Positions 10,123 to 21,605 of a stretch of 64,000 nt of DNA are shown here, in pieces. The stretch is from positions 383,933 to 447,932 of the forward strand of contig ML996692.1 of NCBI GenBank assembly GCA_010356995.1. Direction: 5' to 3'. The notes under the pieces were generated by a model. The model searched no databases, had not been told where the DNA came from, and was given only the letters and a program-made list of their open reading frames with translations. Origin of the DNA: Trichodelitschia bisporula. Taxonomy: Eukaryota. Each line of letters starts with the position of its first letter. Positions within the stretch are counted from its first letter, which is position 1. The position numbers and the translations under genes were made by a program.

Positions 10123-12056
10123 ATGAGCGGCATTGAGGTGGCGGGCCTCGTGCTCGGTGCGTTTCCCCTCTTAATAACTGCCTTGGAGCATTATCGTGAA
10201 AGCGCAGAGGTCCTGTCAGATTGGTGGAAGTTCAAGCGCGAGTATCGCAAGTGGAAGGATGAGGTGCGCTTCCATCAACTCGCCTTCGAACAGAACCTCG
10301 AAAAGTACCTATTGCCATTGATTGTCGATGATGATGAGCTTCAGTCTCTCATCTCCGACCCGGGTGGTGAACGATGGAGGCATCCAGAGCTTGAGGAGAG
10401 GTTGAAGACGCGCCTACCTCGCGCTTACGACCTCTACATTTCCACCATCGGAGATATGAACGAAACGATGGTAGAGCTCCAAAAGATGATGGGAGTGGAC
10501 AAAGTTCAGTTGCAGGAAAAGCTCAATGCTGAACGACCGGTACGTTCTTGTGGACGTCTGGGCATAAATTACCTGCCGCTCATGCTTCTCCAGGATTCGC
10601 CCTCCGAGAAGAAAGCCAAAAGCAAGCGCAAAAGACTTCCATCCAAGACCAATTTGGAATATGAGTTCCATCGCTTGAAGGCGAGCTTTGGCAAAGCAGA
10701 ACGAGCGAAGCTCTTTGGCGAAATATCCCATTACAATTTAAGATTGAAAGAACTCTTGGACACCAGCGACGAAATCAGCTCCTTACGTGCAACGAGACGC
10801 AACACGACAAAGGACCTGAGTCTCGTCAAGGGACTATCTACCTTTTGGAGGCATGCGACCAATGTCTTCAGGCTTGTGTATAAGGCGTGGAAGTGCGACT
10901 GTTCATCTCATCATCGCATAAACCTTTTGCTGGAGCATCGAACCACAATATCCGAGATCCGATTCAACTTACTCCTCCTCTATGCCCAAAATCTTCCTGA
11001 GCGCAAAGATGGCTGCTGGAGGTCTCTTGAAGCGCACATAAGTCTCGTCGAGGGTCTTTCCACTTCTATCTCCGAAGTCTCCCTTATAGGTCTGCGTTCC
11101 AAATCGGAGACAACGTTTGAAAGACGTCCACGGTCGAACCTTCGTTCGTACACCAACGAACCTTCCTTCAGCAAGACGTCAACGATGTGAGCCCAGGCCA
11201 CGTTATTTCGTGATGCCGTAAGACTGACAGTAGTAGGATCGACTCTACGGAATTGCCTCCACCAGCAGCAGTCCAGAAGCCATCTGTGGCCTGGGAGATT
11301 ACCCCACCTCCCTCTCGGGGCGCCAGCTTCCTCGAATCTGATGCAAGTGAAATCAGCAACCTTTGCCATTCGATCATGACCTGCGGCACACAAGAAAAGT
11401 GCCTAGGGTTTGTGAGGACGGATGAGCATTGCTACGTGTTGAATCCTGTCGCCATGGGTTCGTCCCCGCTGGACGAGAGCGACGCTGTGACACTAGGAAA
11501 CTTGCTTCGGAAAGACCTCAACTTTAAGCTCACGCGCAAACAGCGCTTCCAAGTTGCACTCACGCTGGCTAGCTCGCAGTTACAGCTGGACTCGACACCC
11601 TGGCTGCAGTCTGGTTGGAGCAAAGACGATATCGTTTTCCTTTGCCAGCCAGAGTCCGCCCGTATCGATGTTGAGCAGCCGTACATTTCCAGGGGTTCGA
11701 ATCTCGTCGCCACTGCCGCAAAGGGGCAGTCTACGGAGAATAGCATCCCCCAGCTGGGAATGATTCTTTTGGAGTTGTGCTTCAATACAGCATTTGAGAA
11801 CCACGAGATCCGCAAGAAGTACCTCTTGCCAAATGGCCAGTCGACTCCGTATATGGACCTCGCTGCGGCACTCGAATGGTGCAACCAGGAGGCGGCAGAA
11901 GAAGCTGGCCCGGATTTTGCGGATGCGGTCAAGTGGTGCCTTGGACAGTTTGGGTCCGCATCTTTGGATGAAACCAAAAGGCAAGAGCTTTATGAGAAAG
12001 TTGTGAAGCCGCTACAGTTCTGCCATAAACAATTCGAAATCAGCAGTCAGATGTGA
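10123..12056 (+). CDS. ~609-aa protein with HeLo-like N-terminus and kinase-like C-terminal domain (DUF7580-like, from recall)
   Basis: Starts MSGIEVAGLVLGAFPLLITALEHY; introns 10540-10593 and 11187-~11236; C-terminus QRFQVALTLASSQLQLDSTPWL..WSKDDIVF..LGMILLELCF..FADAVKWCL. Confidence 0.8.
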
Positions 12057-13156
12057 AATAAGACATCTGCCGAAAGTCTAGAAGCAGTTGGAGGTCAAGG
12101 CCGTCAGGACATTGCATACGGAGTACGGCATTGGGCATTGTGAATACAGCATGTTACAGCCGAGGTATGCTATTCCCAAGCCCTGGGGAGTCCTTTGCTG
12201 ATGTAATATGACAGTCAGAGGAGCGCTTGTGTTAATCGGTGGATTTGAGCCTTTGTACAAACAGAAGGCTGTACGACATGGTTACATGCATATTGGGCGC
12301 CAGAGGTGCAGCATGCAGGGCAGAGAGGGGGGGTTAAGCATCTGGCGGGCAAGTCAATAGCATTCGAGAGTTTGGTTCAAATACCCTGGCGGATCATTTG
12401 TCATGAAAAGCAATTGAATATCCCGTTGGGATTCATGTCGGTTATAGATGTGGTAACTCCGCTCTGACTGAAGCCAGAGCGATGGTACGAGTATTGGCCT
12501 CAGGCACCGACATGGAATAGTTGTCCAGGCGTTTATGACGCATATAGGATGGGTTTCGAAGTGATCGATATTTTGACATTTTGAGCCTGGTCACATCCCT
12601 GCTACCTACATGGATACCCCTGCTGTGCCAAGGCTGATAGACCCAGAGACGCCAGTATCTCTCCCAAATCACCCCCATCATGATATACTGCTTCCTAGGC
12701 TTTTATGTAATGATAACGACGTCTATATATCATCTACTAGGTATAATAGATATGTAAGCTCATTTCGGTGACGTTATAGTATCTAAAAGTATGGTAGTTA
12801 TGATAAGCTGCTGCCAAAGTGTTGCCAAAAAGCTCCTTTCTGTGGCATTTGGACATTCGGTGGCAAAGTCACTAGAGCTAAGCCTATTTAAGAAATAAGT
12901 AGGCCCTAAGCGCGCTTGACAGGGGGACCCTGCAAAATGCTGCATTTTAGGGGTCCAAATGCGGCACTTTGCAGAAACGCTTCCGGTATTTTCATTTATG
13001 GATGTCTGACGATGCCTAATTTCTGCCTTAGGCAAGAAAAACTGGTATTTTAGGGTCCAAAATGTTAAATGTCGATCACTTCGAAACCCACCCTAAATTT
13101 TCACAGCTCTTTATAGCCCCGCCATCACCATCAGCAGCAAATCCGATGCTCTAAAA

Positions 13157-16042
13157 ATGTCCGACCCACTACTCCAATACTTTAGAAAGGCCCTCCCGGA
13201 AGAACTCGCCGGCCTCTTGGGATCTCAGGTCAACCGTGTTGAAACGGCGCAGTTCCGCGATATCCTCGAAGAACCGTTGGTCCGCGTGCTTCTTGGCCAC
13301 GAACACAACAGTGAGACACAGAATGTCCAGCTCAAAGATTTTTCATGCTGGAGCGACTACATCTTTCACCGGCTAGGCCTCTTGCTAGGCAATAGACAGG
13401 AAAATGCCCCAGCTACGTCTGAAGATACTCCCGCTTACAGACAACATCTCTTTTTCCTTGTTGCTCTCGCAAGTCTAGGAGCATTCTTGCAGAGCAACGT
13501 TACCGGACCGCCCCTACCCTTTTCTTCCGCCAAAGTTCTTCTGCCTGAAGCGATCAACTCTGACTCTGCATCTCTTGCTGCTGTTCGTCTGGCCTTGGCC
13601 CTGTCTTTAACAGTGGACGGTGAAGCTGCTTACAAGCTCACCCCAAACCTTGAGCTGCTTTGCCTTGCGGACACCATCTTAACCTCCCCACCGATTTCAA
13701 AGCACATCAAACCTGCAAAATGGGCCCGGATAAGGGTGAACTTCATTCATCAGCGGCTCCTTTCCGCAAATGCACCAACATTGCAGCAGTCCGTTTACGA
13801 TGGGCTGAAGGACGTGGAAGCTCTCATATCAGATTCAGATCCCGAATCAGATCTCGTCGTGTCCTTTCTTCTTGAACGGGCCACCATTCACACTCACCAC
13901 GGATTTGACAAGCTTGCTCGGGAGGACCTCGAAAAAGCTGCGAAGCTAAGACACTTTGAGTTTGCGTTGACTGGCCTTCTGGGGAAGAGGACTCGCTATC
14001 AACAAAAAGATATCAGTCAGCTCGTGGTGCTAGCCCGCAGTGCCGATTCGTCTATCACAACATTAAACGGCGACGGCGAGGCCAGAGTCGTTGAGTCCGC
14101 TGATGTCTCACTCACTTCCACTCAGCCCAAGGCCTTGGACCTGAACGACGATACCTTGCTCGAGTCGATATCGTTCTCAGAGCGGCCAAAGCTATCAACA
14201 GACATCCAGGACGAGACGTCACTCCCCCCCAGTTTGGCGTCCATCGATCCCGAAAACCAGCCACAGCTTCACCCACTCGACTCCATCATCCTCCTCTCCC
14301 TTGCCTCCTCAATCACCAACACAGCACCTGAAAACGGCCTCACGCGCGAAGAAACACTTCCCTACGCCACGCGAGTCCTGGAAGGAGGCAGCTCGAACTG
14401 GCAGGTATACTCCCAAGCCCTGCTCATCCGCAGCAGAATCGAGGGCTACAAGTCCCGTACCATCGAACGCGGGCTCCTGCAGCTGCAAGCCATCGTCGAC
14501 CAAGTCATCGCCGAAACAACTTCCCTGGACGATAACGCTCCCGCTCCATCAACGTTCCTACCCCGTCCTAAGGACTCCGAGTCAGCCCCCGCCGACATCC
14601 GCCTCCTCTACATCTACGCCCTCGCCTCCCCCACTCGCTGGGGTCTCGAAGCCGAACTCGCCGCCAAATGGGTCAGTCTCGGCGGCCTCCGTTCCGCCCT
14701 CGAAATCTACGAGCGCCTGCAAATGTGGGCCGAGGCGGCGCTGTGTCTCGCCGCCACAGAGCGCGAAGACAAGGCCCGGCGCATGGTGCGCAGGCAACTC
14801 TTTCATCCTACCGCCGGTCCCGATGCCGTCGTGGATCCGGATTCCGAAGCCTGGACTGGTCCGCCGCGCGAGCCCGCACCCGCGGAAGCTCCGCGCCTTT
14901 ACTGCATCCTTGGGGATATGGACAAGGACCCGGAGATGTACGAGACGGCGTGGCGGGTGTCAAACCAGCGGTACGCGCGGGCACAGCGCTCCCTGGCGCG
15001 GTACTGGTATGAAAAGCGCGATCATGCGAAGGCATCTCTTGCGTATTCGCGCGCTCTGAAGGTGCAGCAACTGGATCATTCAACATGGTTTGCGTATGGC
15101 TGCGTGCTGCTTGAACTAGGAAAGTTTAAGCGCGCGGCCGAAGCTTTTTCGCGGGCCGTCCAGCTAGATGACGGAGATGCGGAGTCATGGAGCAACCTTG
15201 CGGCCGCGCTGCTGCATCAGGGGCCCCAGAATACAGCGGAAACCAAAGACGAACCCCTAAACGACACCCTAGACGAGGAATCCGCACCCACTACCCCCAC
15301 GAACCCGCAGAAATACAAAATTGACGCTCTCAAAGCCCTCAAGCACGCCTCCCGCCTCAAACACGACAGCTACCGCATCTGGGACAACGTGCTCACAGTC
15401 GCCGCCTCCCTCGACCCACCCTCCTGGTCTGATATCGTGACCGCGCAAAGGCGCATCATAGACCTGCGCGGCGCAACCGACGGTGAGAAGTGTATTGACG
15501 TCCGCATCGTCGCCGCCACGCTCAACCACGTCGCCAGCCTCGTCGCCGACACACCCCCTCCTGCCGAAACCGAAGCCGACGCCGACGGGCCTGCAGACCC
15601 GCTTAATAGGCCTGGGCTCCCGCGCATGCTGGTCCAGATGTTCACGGCTATTACGCCGCTGATCACTGCCTCGGCGCCGCTGTGGCATCTTGTTGCGCGG
15701 CTGGCACGGCTGAGGAATAGGCCGGGCGCGGCGCTGGTGGCGGAGGAGAAGGCGTGGCGCGCGGTGGTTAATCAGCCGGGGTGGGAGCATGCGGTTGATG
15801 AGGGGACGTGGAAGGGGGTTGTGAATGAGACGCTACGGTTGGTGGAGGCGTATCGTGGATTAGGGCCCTTGGAGCGGACGGAGGGGCTGGGTGCGGGGGC
15901 GGGGGAGCTCGTGTGTAAGGAGTGGCGGTTTAAGGCGCGGAGTGCGGTGCGGAGTGTGCTTGGGCGTGCGAAGGTGGGGGTTTGGGAGGGAAGTGAGGGG
16001 TGGGAGGGGTTGCAGGAGGGGATGGAGGCGCTGAAGGGGTAG
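13157..16042 (+). CDS. EMW1: TPR protein EMW1/TTC27 homologue
   Basis: Uninterrupted 961-aa ORF; LTGLLGKRTRYQQKDISQLVV, LDLNDDTLLE, RTIERGLLQLQ, ALEIYERLQMW, TPR repeats. Confidence 0.9.
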   Translation: MSDPLLQYFRKALPEELAGLLGSQVNRVETAQFRDILEEPLVRVLLGHEHNSETQNVQLKDFSCWSDYIFHRLGLLLGNRQENAPATSEDTPAYRQHLFFLVALASLGAFLQSNVTGPPLPFSSAKVLLPEAINSDSASLAAVRLALALSLTVDGEAAYKLTPNLELLCLADTILTSPPISKHIKPAKWARIRVNFIHQRLLSANAPTLQQSVYDGLKDVEALISDSDPESDLVVSFLLERATIHTHHGFDKLAREDLEKAAKLRHFEFALTGLLGKRTRYQQKDISQLVVLARSADSSITTLNGDGEARVVESADVSLTSTQPKALDLNDDTLLESISFSERPKLSTDIQDETSLPPSLASIDPENQPQLHPLDSIILLSLASSITNTAPENGLTREETLPYATRVLEGGSSNWQVYSQALLIRSRIEGYKSRTIERGLLQLQAIVDQVIAETTSLDDNAPAPSTFLPRPKDSESAPADIRLLYIYALASPTRWGLEAELAAKWVSLGGLRSALEIYERLQMWAEAALCLAATEREDKARRMVRRQLFHPTAGPDAVVDPDSEAWTGPPREPAPAEAPRLYCILGDMDKDPEMYETAWRVSNQRYARAQRSLARYWYEKRDHAKASLAYSRALKVQQLDHSTWFAYGCVLLELGKFKRAAEAFSRAVQLDDGDAESWSNLAAALLHQGPQNTAETKDEPLNDTLDEESAPTTPTNPQKYKIDALKALKHASRLKHDSYRIWDNVLTVAASLDPPSWSDIVTAQRRIIDLRGATDGEKCIDVRIVAATLNHVASLVADTPPPAETEADADGPADPLNRPGLPRMLVQMFTAITPLITASAPLWHLVARLARLRNRPGAALVAEEKAWRAVVNQPGWEHAVDEGTWKGVVNETLRLVEAYRGLGPLERTEGLGAGAGELVCKEWRFKARSAVRSVLGRAKVGVWEGSEGWEGLQEGMEALKG

Positions 16043-16236
16043 ACGAGTGAAGCCACCCAGGTATGATACTTCATTCTAACAAGAATACAATTAGGCATTC
16101 GAACGTCTCCATATCAGCACAAGAGAGTCATAACCTGCCGCCCAATGTTCCCATCGGGATCCCAAAGACTAAGGAGGTACAAGAGCGCAAGGAAAAGAGG
16201 ATAAGAGCCACCCGGCCAGCCATCCCTGCTGCCGTT

Positions 16237-17053
16237 CTAGTCCGAGTCCGAACTCGAACTGCTGCTGCTCTTCCCACCCCGACTCCGGCTCCGGTGCTTA
16301 TGCTTCTTGCCATGGCCCGACGCAGCATACAACCCGCCCACCGCCGCCCCCGCAGGCCCATACGAATGACTGCTATGACTCCCATGATGGCTCCCCCCGT
16401 GGCTACTCCCCGCATACGAGCTCCCATACGCCAAGCCATCATCATTCTTCTTATCCTTCTTCTTCTTCTTCCTACATCCACGATTAGCCCCGCCCAACAC
16501 TACTCCGCACGCAGGAAGACTCACTTATCCCCACCCAAAAAATTCGCCGCAATCGCGCCGCCTATCGCACCCAACCCCCCATGCCCAACCTGATGTCCGA
16601 GAAACCCGCCCCCGGCGGCACCAAGGATCGTCTTCCCGAGCCCGCGCTCGCCGTCCACAGGCTGCCCATCGGGCCCGAGCGCGGGCGGCCCGCCGTACCC
16701 GCTGTCTGGCGGCGGGGCGCCGTAGCCCTGGCCCTGGCCTTGTGGGTGTTGGCCATAGCCGGGCGACGGGCCGCGGCCGTCGTCGTAGCCGCCTTGGTGG
16801 GGGGGGGCGCCGTAGGGCGCGCCTTGCTGGGGGGTGTGGGACTGGAGGGGTTAGTCTTGGGTTAAGGGAGTGAGGCTGGGAGGGGTACCTGTTGCGGGGG
16901 GTACGGTGAGCCGCCCCCGTAGGTGCCGCCGGGGTTCTGGGGGGGGTATTGCTGGTGTTGCTGGTCGCTGCCGTAGCTCTGCTGGCCGCCGTAGGAGGGG
17001 GGTTGGTGGCCGCCGCCGCCGCCGCTGCTGCTGTAGTACTCGTTGGAAGCCAT
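16237..17053 (-). CDS. Gly/Pro/Gln/Tyr-rich protein with glycine zipper and basic/Ser-rich tail
   Basis: ATG 17053 (MASNEYY); introns 16842-16888 and ~16472-16524; middle exon [40 protein letters not shown]; last exon ends SSSSDSD-stop. Confidence 0.75.
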
Positions 17054-18032
17054 AGGCGTGATATGAAGGAGGTAAGTTTGCGTAGGTTGATGCGATTCGG
17101 CCTCCGTTCCGGGTAGTTGTGTAGTGTCGAACAAAGTAGTACAGTAAAAGCCTCAGTCGTCTCTTCCCAAAGCGTCCACTGAGCCTTCCTCAGATCGAGA
17201 GGGGAAACAAAGCCTTAAATACCACTCGCGATCCCAGGCCCATCATCCCAACACTCCCCAGCCCTGATCCACCCGCCCATCACCAGCTGAGCACCCCCGC
17301 TTCATCAGCACCACTGGCAACCCCTCACCAGGCCCTTCCCCTCCCTCGCCAAGCCATATCGAGTCCTGACTGGTGCCCCTCACCGATCAAGGGCCTTCTT
17401 CACCGGGGGCAGTGCCCGCAGTGCAGCGCCGGCGCCGCCGTCTCCGTTGATCTCCCCTGCAGACTCACTGCGAGCGAAGCAAGCAGCACGCAAAGAAGCC
17501 TGCAAAGCAGCCATGCACTGCACCACCCCACCTGCTGACCCCGCGCCCCACGCCCATCGCGACATCCCGTATCCATCCCCATTCGTGCCTAAATCTCCTC
17601 ACGCCTGTCGTCCCACGCTCCTGCAGCCTTCAGCTCCTCCCCCCATGTGCAGTTGTGCATCGCGCATTGCATATCTTCGGCGCAACCGCGTCCCGGACCC
17701 GTTCTAGCCCCGCTCGACAGAACCCCGCGATGACGCCACTTACTTAGAAAGTCGTTACCTGCGGCGGGGCTGTGCAGGCTGGGCAGCCATCCCGTGCTCT
17801 GGGGCCGGGTGGCGGGCGGGTGGTTCCGGTCCGGGCGTGCCGGTGCCAAGATCGGGCGCCCGCGCCGGAGGAGAGTCGGCGGACGGGGGAGGGTCGGGTT
17901 GAGAACACATGTCGTGATGATGGAGCTTCATGGTGTTTCGTGTTGTATACATTTTCCACATCCAGTGCCCAGGACCAATCTAGTCCAACCGTTCCCACGA
18001 GTCCCATGTCCAACGCCTTAATGCACCCAGGT

Positions 18033-20349
18033 CTACTCCTCCATAACCGCACTGGGGAACATCTTAAGCAACTGCTCCCCCTCGTCGGGACTCAAATACT
18101 CATCCAACAAGTGATGCGCCGCATCCATAACCCCCTCCTGCAGCCCTTCTTCCGCCGCCACCCTCTCCGCAAACGCAACCCGCGTGAGCGTCATAACATG
18201 CATGTGCATCCCGCCCTGCACTGTCGCCAGCCGCGCCCTTACCTCATCCACACTCAAGTAGCGCACGATAACATGGTGCACGACGCGCATGGCCGTGTTG
18301 ACGCTCGCGATCCGCACGTCGTGGAAGCCAGGCGCGAAGGAATATAGCGCCCCGACTACCTCGTGCAAGAAGCGGAATAACCGGCCGAGGGCGTACCGGT
18401 GGGAGGCGAGTGCCCGCCCGCCGTCTTCGGGTACGCACAAAGCGGCGAGGAGATGCACGACTGCGAGGCGCATGCTGAGCAGCGCGCTTTCCATGGTTAC
18501 GACTGGGGATGGGTCTTTGGGGTCTAGCGGCGGGGGCGCGGGCCGCTCGAAAAGGAGCTGTGTGAGCCGGTCTATTGTGTCTGTCTCGCGGCGGGATTGG
18601 CGGTCTGGTCCGTCGTCGTCGGGGCCGATGACAGCGCCGAAGGAGGTGCCTAAGATGGAAAGGTGGAGGAGTTTGAGCATAGCCATGATTTGAGAGATGG
18701 GTTGGGCCTTCATGAGCATCAGGAGGATGAAGTCGAATTTCATGTGTATCCAAAAGAGAATTTCTGCTTCGGGAGAGCGCGAGGCAGATTGGGCGACGCC
18801 GTGGAGAACGTCGAGGCACTGCAGGACGTCGATGTTTTTGGATAGGTCGTCTGCCGGCGGAATAGGAGTTTTGTCTTCTAGGGAGGCGCGGGCCACGGGG
18901 ATGGCCACAATATCGGCCGTTGCGATGGCTAAGGGAACGACGTCCTCAATGAGAGAGCGTGCAAAGGCGAAGGGCTCCGAGTCGATCACGTATTGCAAAA
19001 TGCCGATGATGACTTTGATGGGTTCATGCTTCCAAAGTCAGCGGAGAACCCGGCGTTTAAGCTAACTTACACATGGAAAGTTAAGACACTTCTTCCACTG
19101 CTCGATCAGAACTTTACAAAATCGTGTTTGCATGCTCCTGTCGACTTGATCATCGCTATAAACGTCTCGCAAAAAGCCGTCATAGACCGATGTAGAAAGC
19201 GGATAATCACTCCAAGGGACTGTGAGCTTCGCCAAAACTTCAAATACCCGTCCATTCGGGAGGGAGTGATTGAGCAAACGCTGAAGAAAGCTGAGGGTAT
19301 CCCTCTTTTCTGACAGCTCATGCAGCAGCTCCTTTCCAACGATGTCACCGACTGGTGTCTCAACCTGGGGCGGTGCACTCTGGTCGGGCTGACTCAATCG
19401 CAGAGGAAGCGCTTTTTGGGGACTCTCATCCTTACCACGCTTCCTCTTCCCTTTCGGAGTTAGCATTCGGGATTTCTCTTTCGCCCGCGATGGAGATAGC
19501 ATTATCATGTCATCATCAAATCCATCCCGGAACGGCTGAACTCTGCTTTTCCTGGGCGTCACAGCCGGGCTGCCTCCTCCCTTTTCCGCAGGGAAGCTTT
19601 TCTGGCGCACCTTGCCCTTATCCCGCGCAAAATCGTGTTCCAGAAATTGGTTGTCGGTAGCCACCCGCTCAGCATCTGCTTTGGCAGTCTCAAGGGCGGC
19701 CTTCAGTTTCTCCACCTCGCTAAGATGCCTTTGCTTCTGCACGGCCATCTCTCGCTCGTGGACTTGCGGTATGGTTTCGAGCCGCTTCCGCAGGATTGCT
19801 GCTTCTCCGGCCTTGGACTGCGCTGTTCTTGTGGCCTCATCGGCTTTCTTTTGGGCATCTTGTAAGGCAGCTTCGAGCTAGATGTATTAGACCAACTCAA
19901 TGAAAAGTACGCAACCTTACCTGTTGTATGCGCGCTTCGTGATCATCGAGCTCGCTCTTGACTACAACAGCGCTCCCATCTGGCTGCTCGCCATGATTGC
20001 CCGGCACATTGTAGTTCTGCTGCTCCCTCCTATTCTGCAAGACCGGACCCCGATTGGGTGGTACATATTGTCCCTGCACAGCCAGCGGCTGCGCAGTGAG
20101 GTCTATGATGTCTTCCCGGCCGTAGGAATGCGTGCGCGCGGGACCGGGGTGGTCAAATGTCTGGGGTGCGCGCTGGACCACGGGCACTGGGGCCCTTTGC
20201 GGTAGTTGGGAAGCATTATGGCGCGTTGAGGCGCTACGGACGCGCTGAGTGGAGAGCAAAGCATTGCGTTCGAGCTCGGCGAGAGTGCTAGCGGGGAGGT
20301 CGTCGAGGTCGTCTTCGAAGCCAAACTCTTCATCGTCTTCGTCTGCCAT
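18033..20349 (-). CDS. DNA damage checkpoint protein Rad26/ATRIP (UvsD/Lcd1)-like
   Basis: N-terminus DDLDDLPASTLAELERNALLSTQ, coiled coil with KSKAGEAAILR, FRDGFDDD, C-terminal FDFILLMLMKAQP..AAHHLLDEYLSPDEGE; introns near 19880-19920 and 19010-19070. Confidence 0.8.
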
Positions 20350-21605
20350 GCCATTTGGCTTGAATCATCAGGCTAGTGAGGCTGAGACTGAGCTGATTGC
20401 GGTTTTGGGAGGAAAAATACTTGGAATTGCGGGTTGAGTGTTTACCGCTGAGGATGGGGACGTTGAGTATCAAACGCCAAGATTTCGACAAACAGTTCGG
20501 ACCATTCATCTCAGATGCTCTCGCCAGCGCTGCGTCACCAGGCAAGAGCTGCTCTTTTGCTACACCATCCTTGCCATCACATCCCGAATCACGGGAATGG
20601 ACTAGGTGCCCCAAAAATAGAGAAAAAAGGGGAAGGTCCATTTGCACGGTTGGATGGAGCTTTCCCGCTTTATCTTCGCACGTTGGAGTTGCAAATCCTA
20701 TGAGATTCGCTCAAGATCCGGAGGCAATCACGGCAACATCAGTCATCATGCGGAGCGGGACATCAATGGCAAAATGCCACCAGATACTCCGTAGACGATT
20801 TGGGGACTGGCTGGTCAGCTTCTGTTCGTGGCTAAGGCACATAGCTGTCGACTTTCCGGATACCACGGCTTGATTTGGCAGTTGGCAGGCACTAGTTTTG
20901 GCGGAGAAGAGATAGAGTGCTCCGGCATTCGTATGTAGAAGAGACGAAAGCAGCTTCTGCGGAGATTCAAGACGAGGAGCCCGGAGATAGGGAAAAGCAA
21001 GCCGTTCGTCTTTTGCCAGCGTACCATGGTATGCCTTCGTATGCTATCAGCTCTGCTAAGTTGCCTGGTGCCAGCATCACACTCGGACGTTCGTTTCGTC
21101 CGACTCCCAATATCACAAGCACAGCCTACACGCCAAGGCCATGGGGCATTTGCAGAGAGAGGGCTGGAGGGATGGAAGGTGGAGAGTTGACGTATTTGAC
21201 GAGCGCAAACTGTTCATGCCCGGCCCTGGGGACCAGTCTAGTGAGGAAACACTTGAAAGTAGCCTCTCTTCCCCTCTTTTCCCGCCTTTATTCTCACCCA
21301 TACTCATCCCCAAACCCCCACGCTACCAAACCTCTTCGTAAACCAACCCTCTGTTCACTGCCACGCGTGGGCTCTTCTTCCGTCGTCATCCCCCTCCCGA
21401 TTCCCGGACGCCTGAAGCCTCTAGCCCTAAGCCCCAAGACAAACTTCACTCCGCAGTGCCGCACAGAGCAACGCAGGGGGGCTTCCAACCTTACGTACTT
21501 CCAAGCAGCTCAACACTCTCCTAGCTGCAAATACACTGTCTCTTTGACCACACTCATTCTCTGGTTTTCTGGCATAGCAAAGGCGCATTCGGGGAAGTGG
21601 ACATC

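Noticed and set aside
3097..12056. Canonical NLR (NACHT/NB-ARC) annotation for the ankyrin gene
   Set aside because: No Walker A/B NTPase domain precedes the ankyrin repeats; the GGGKGK at ~6480 lies in a linker without a beta-strand context.
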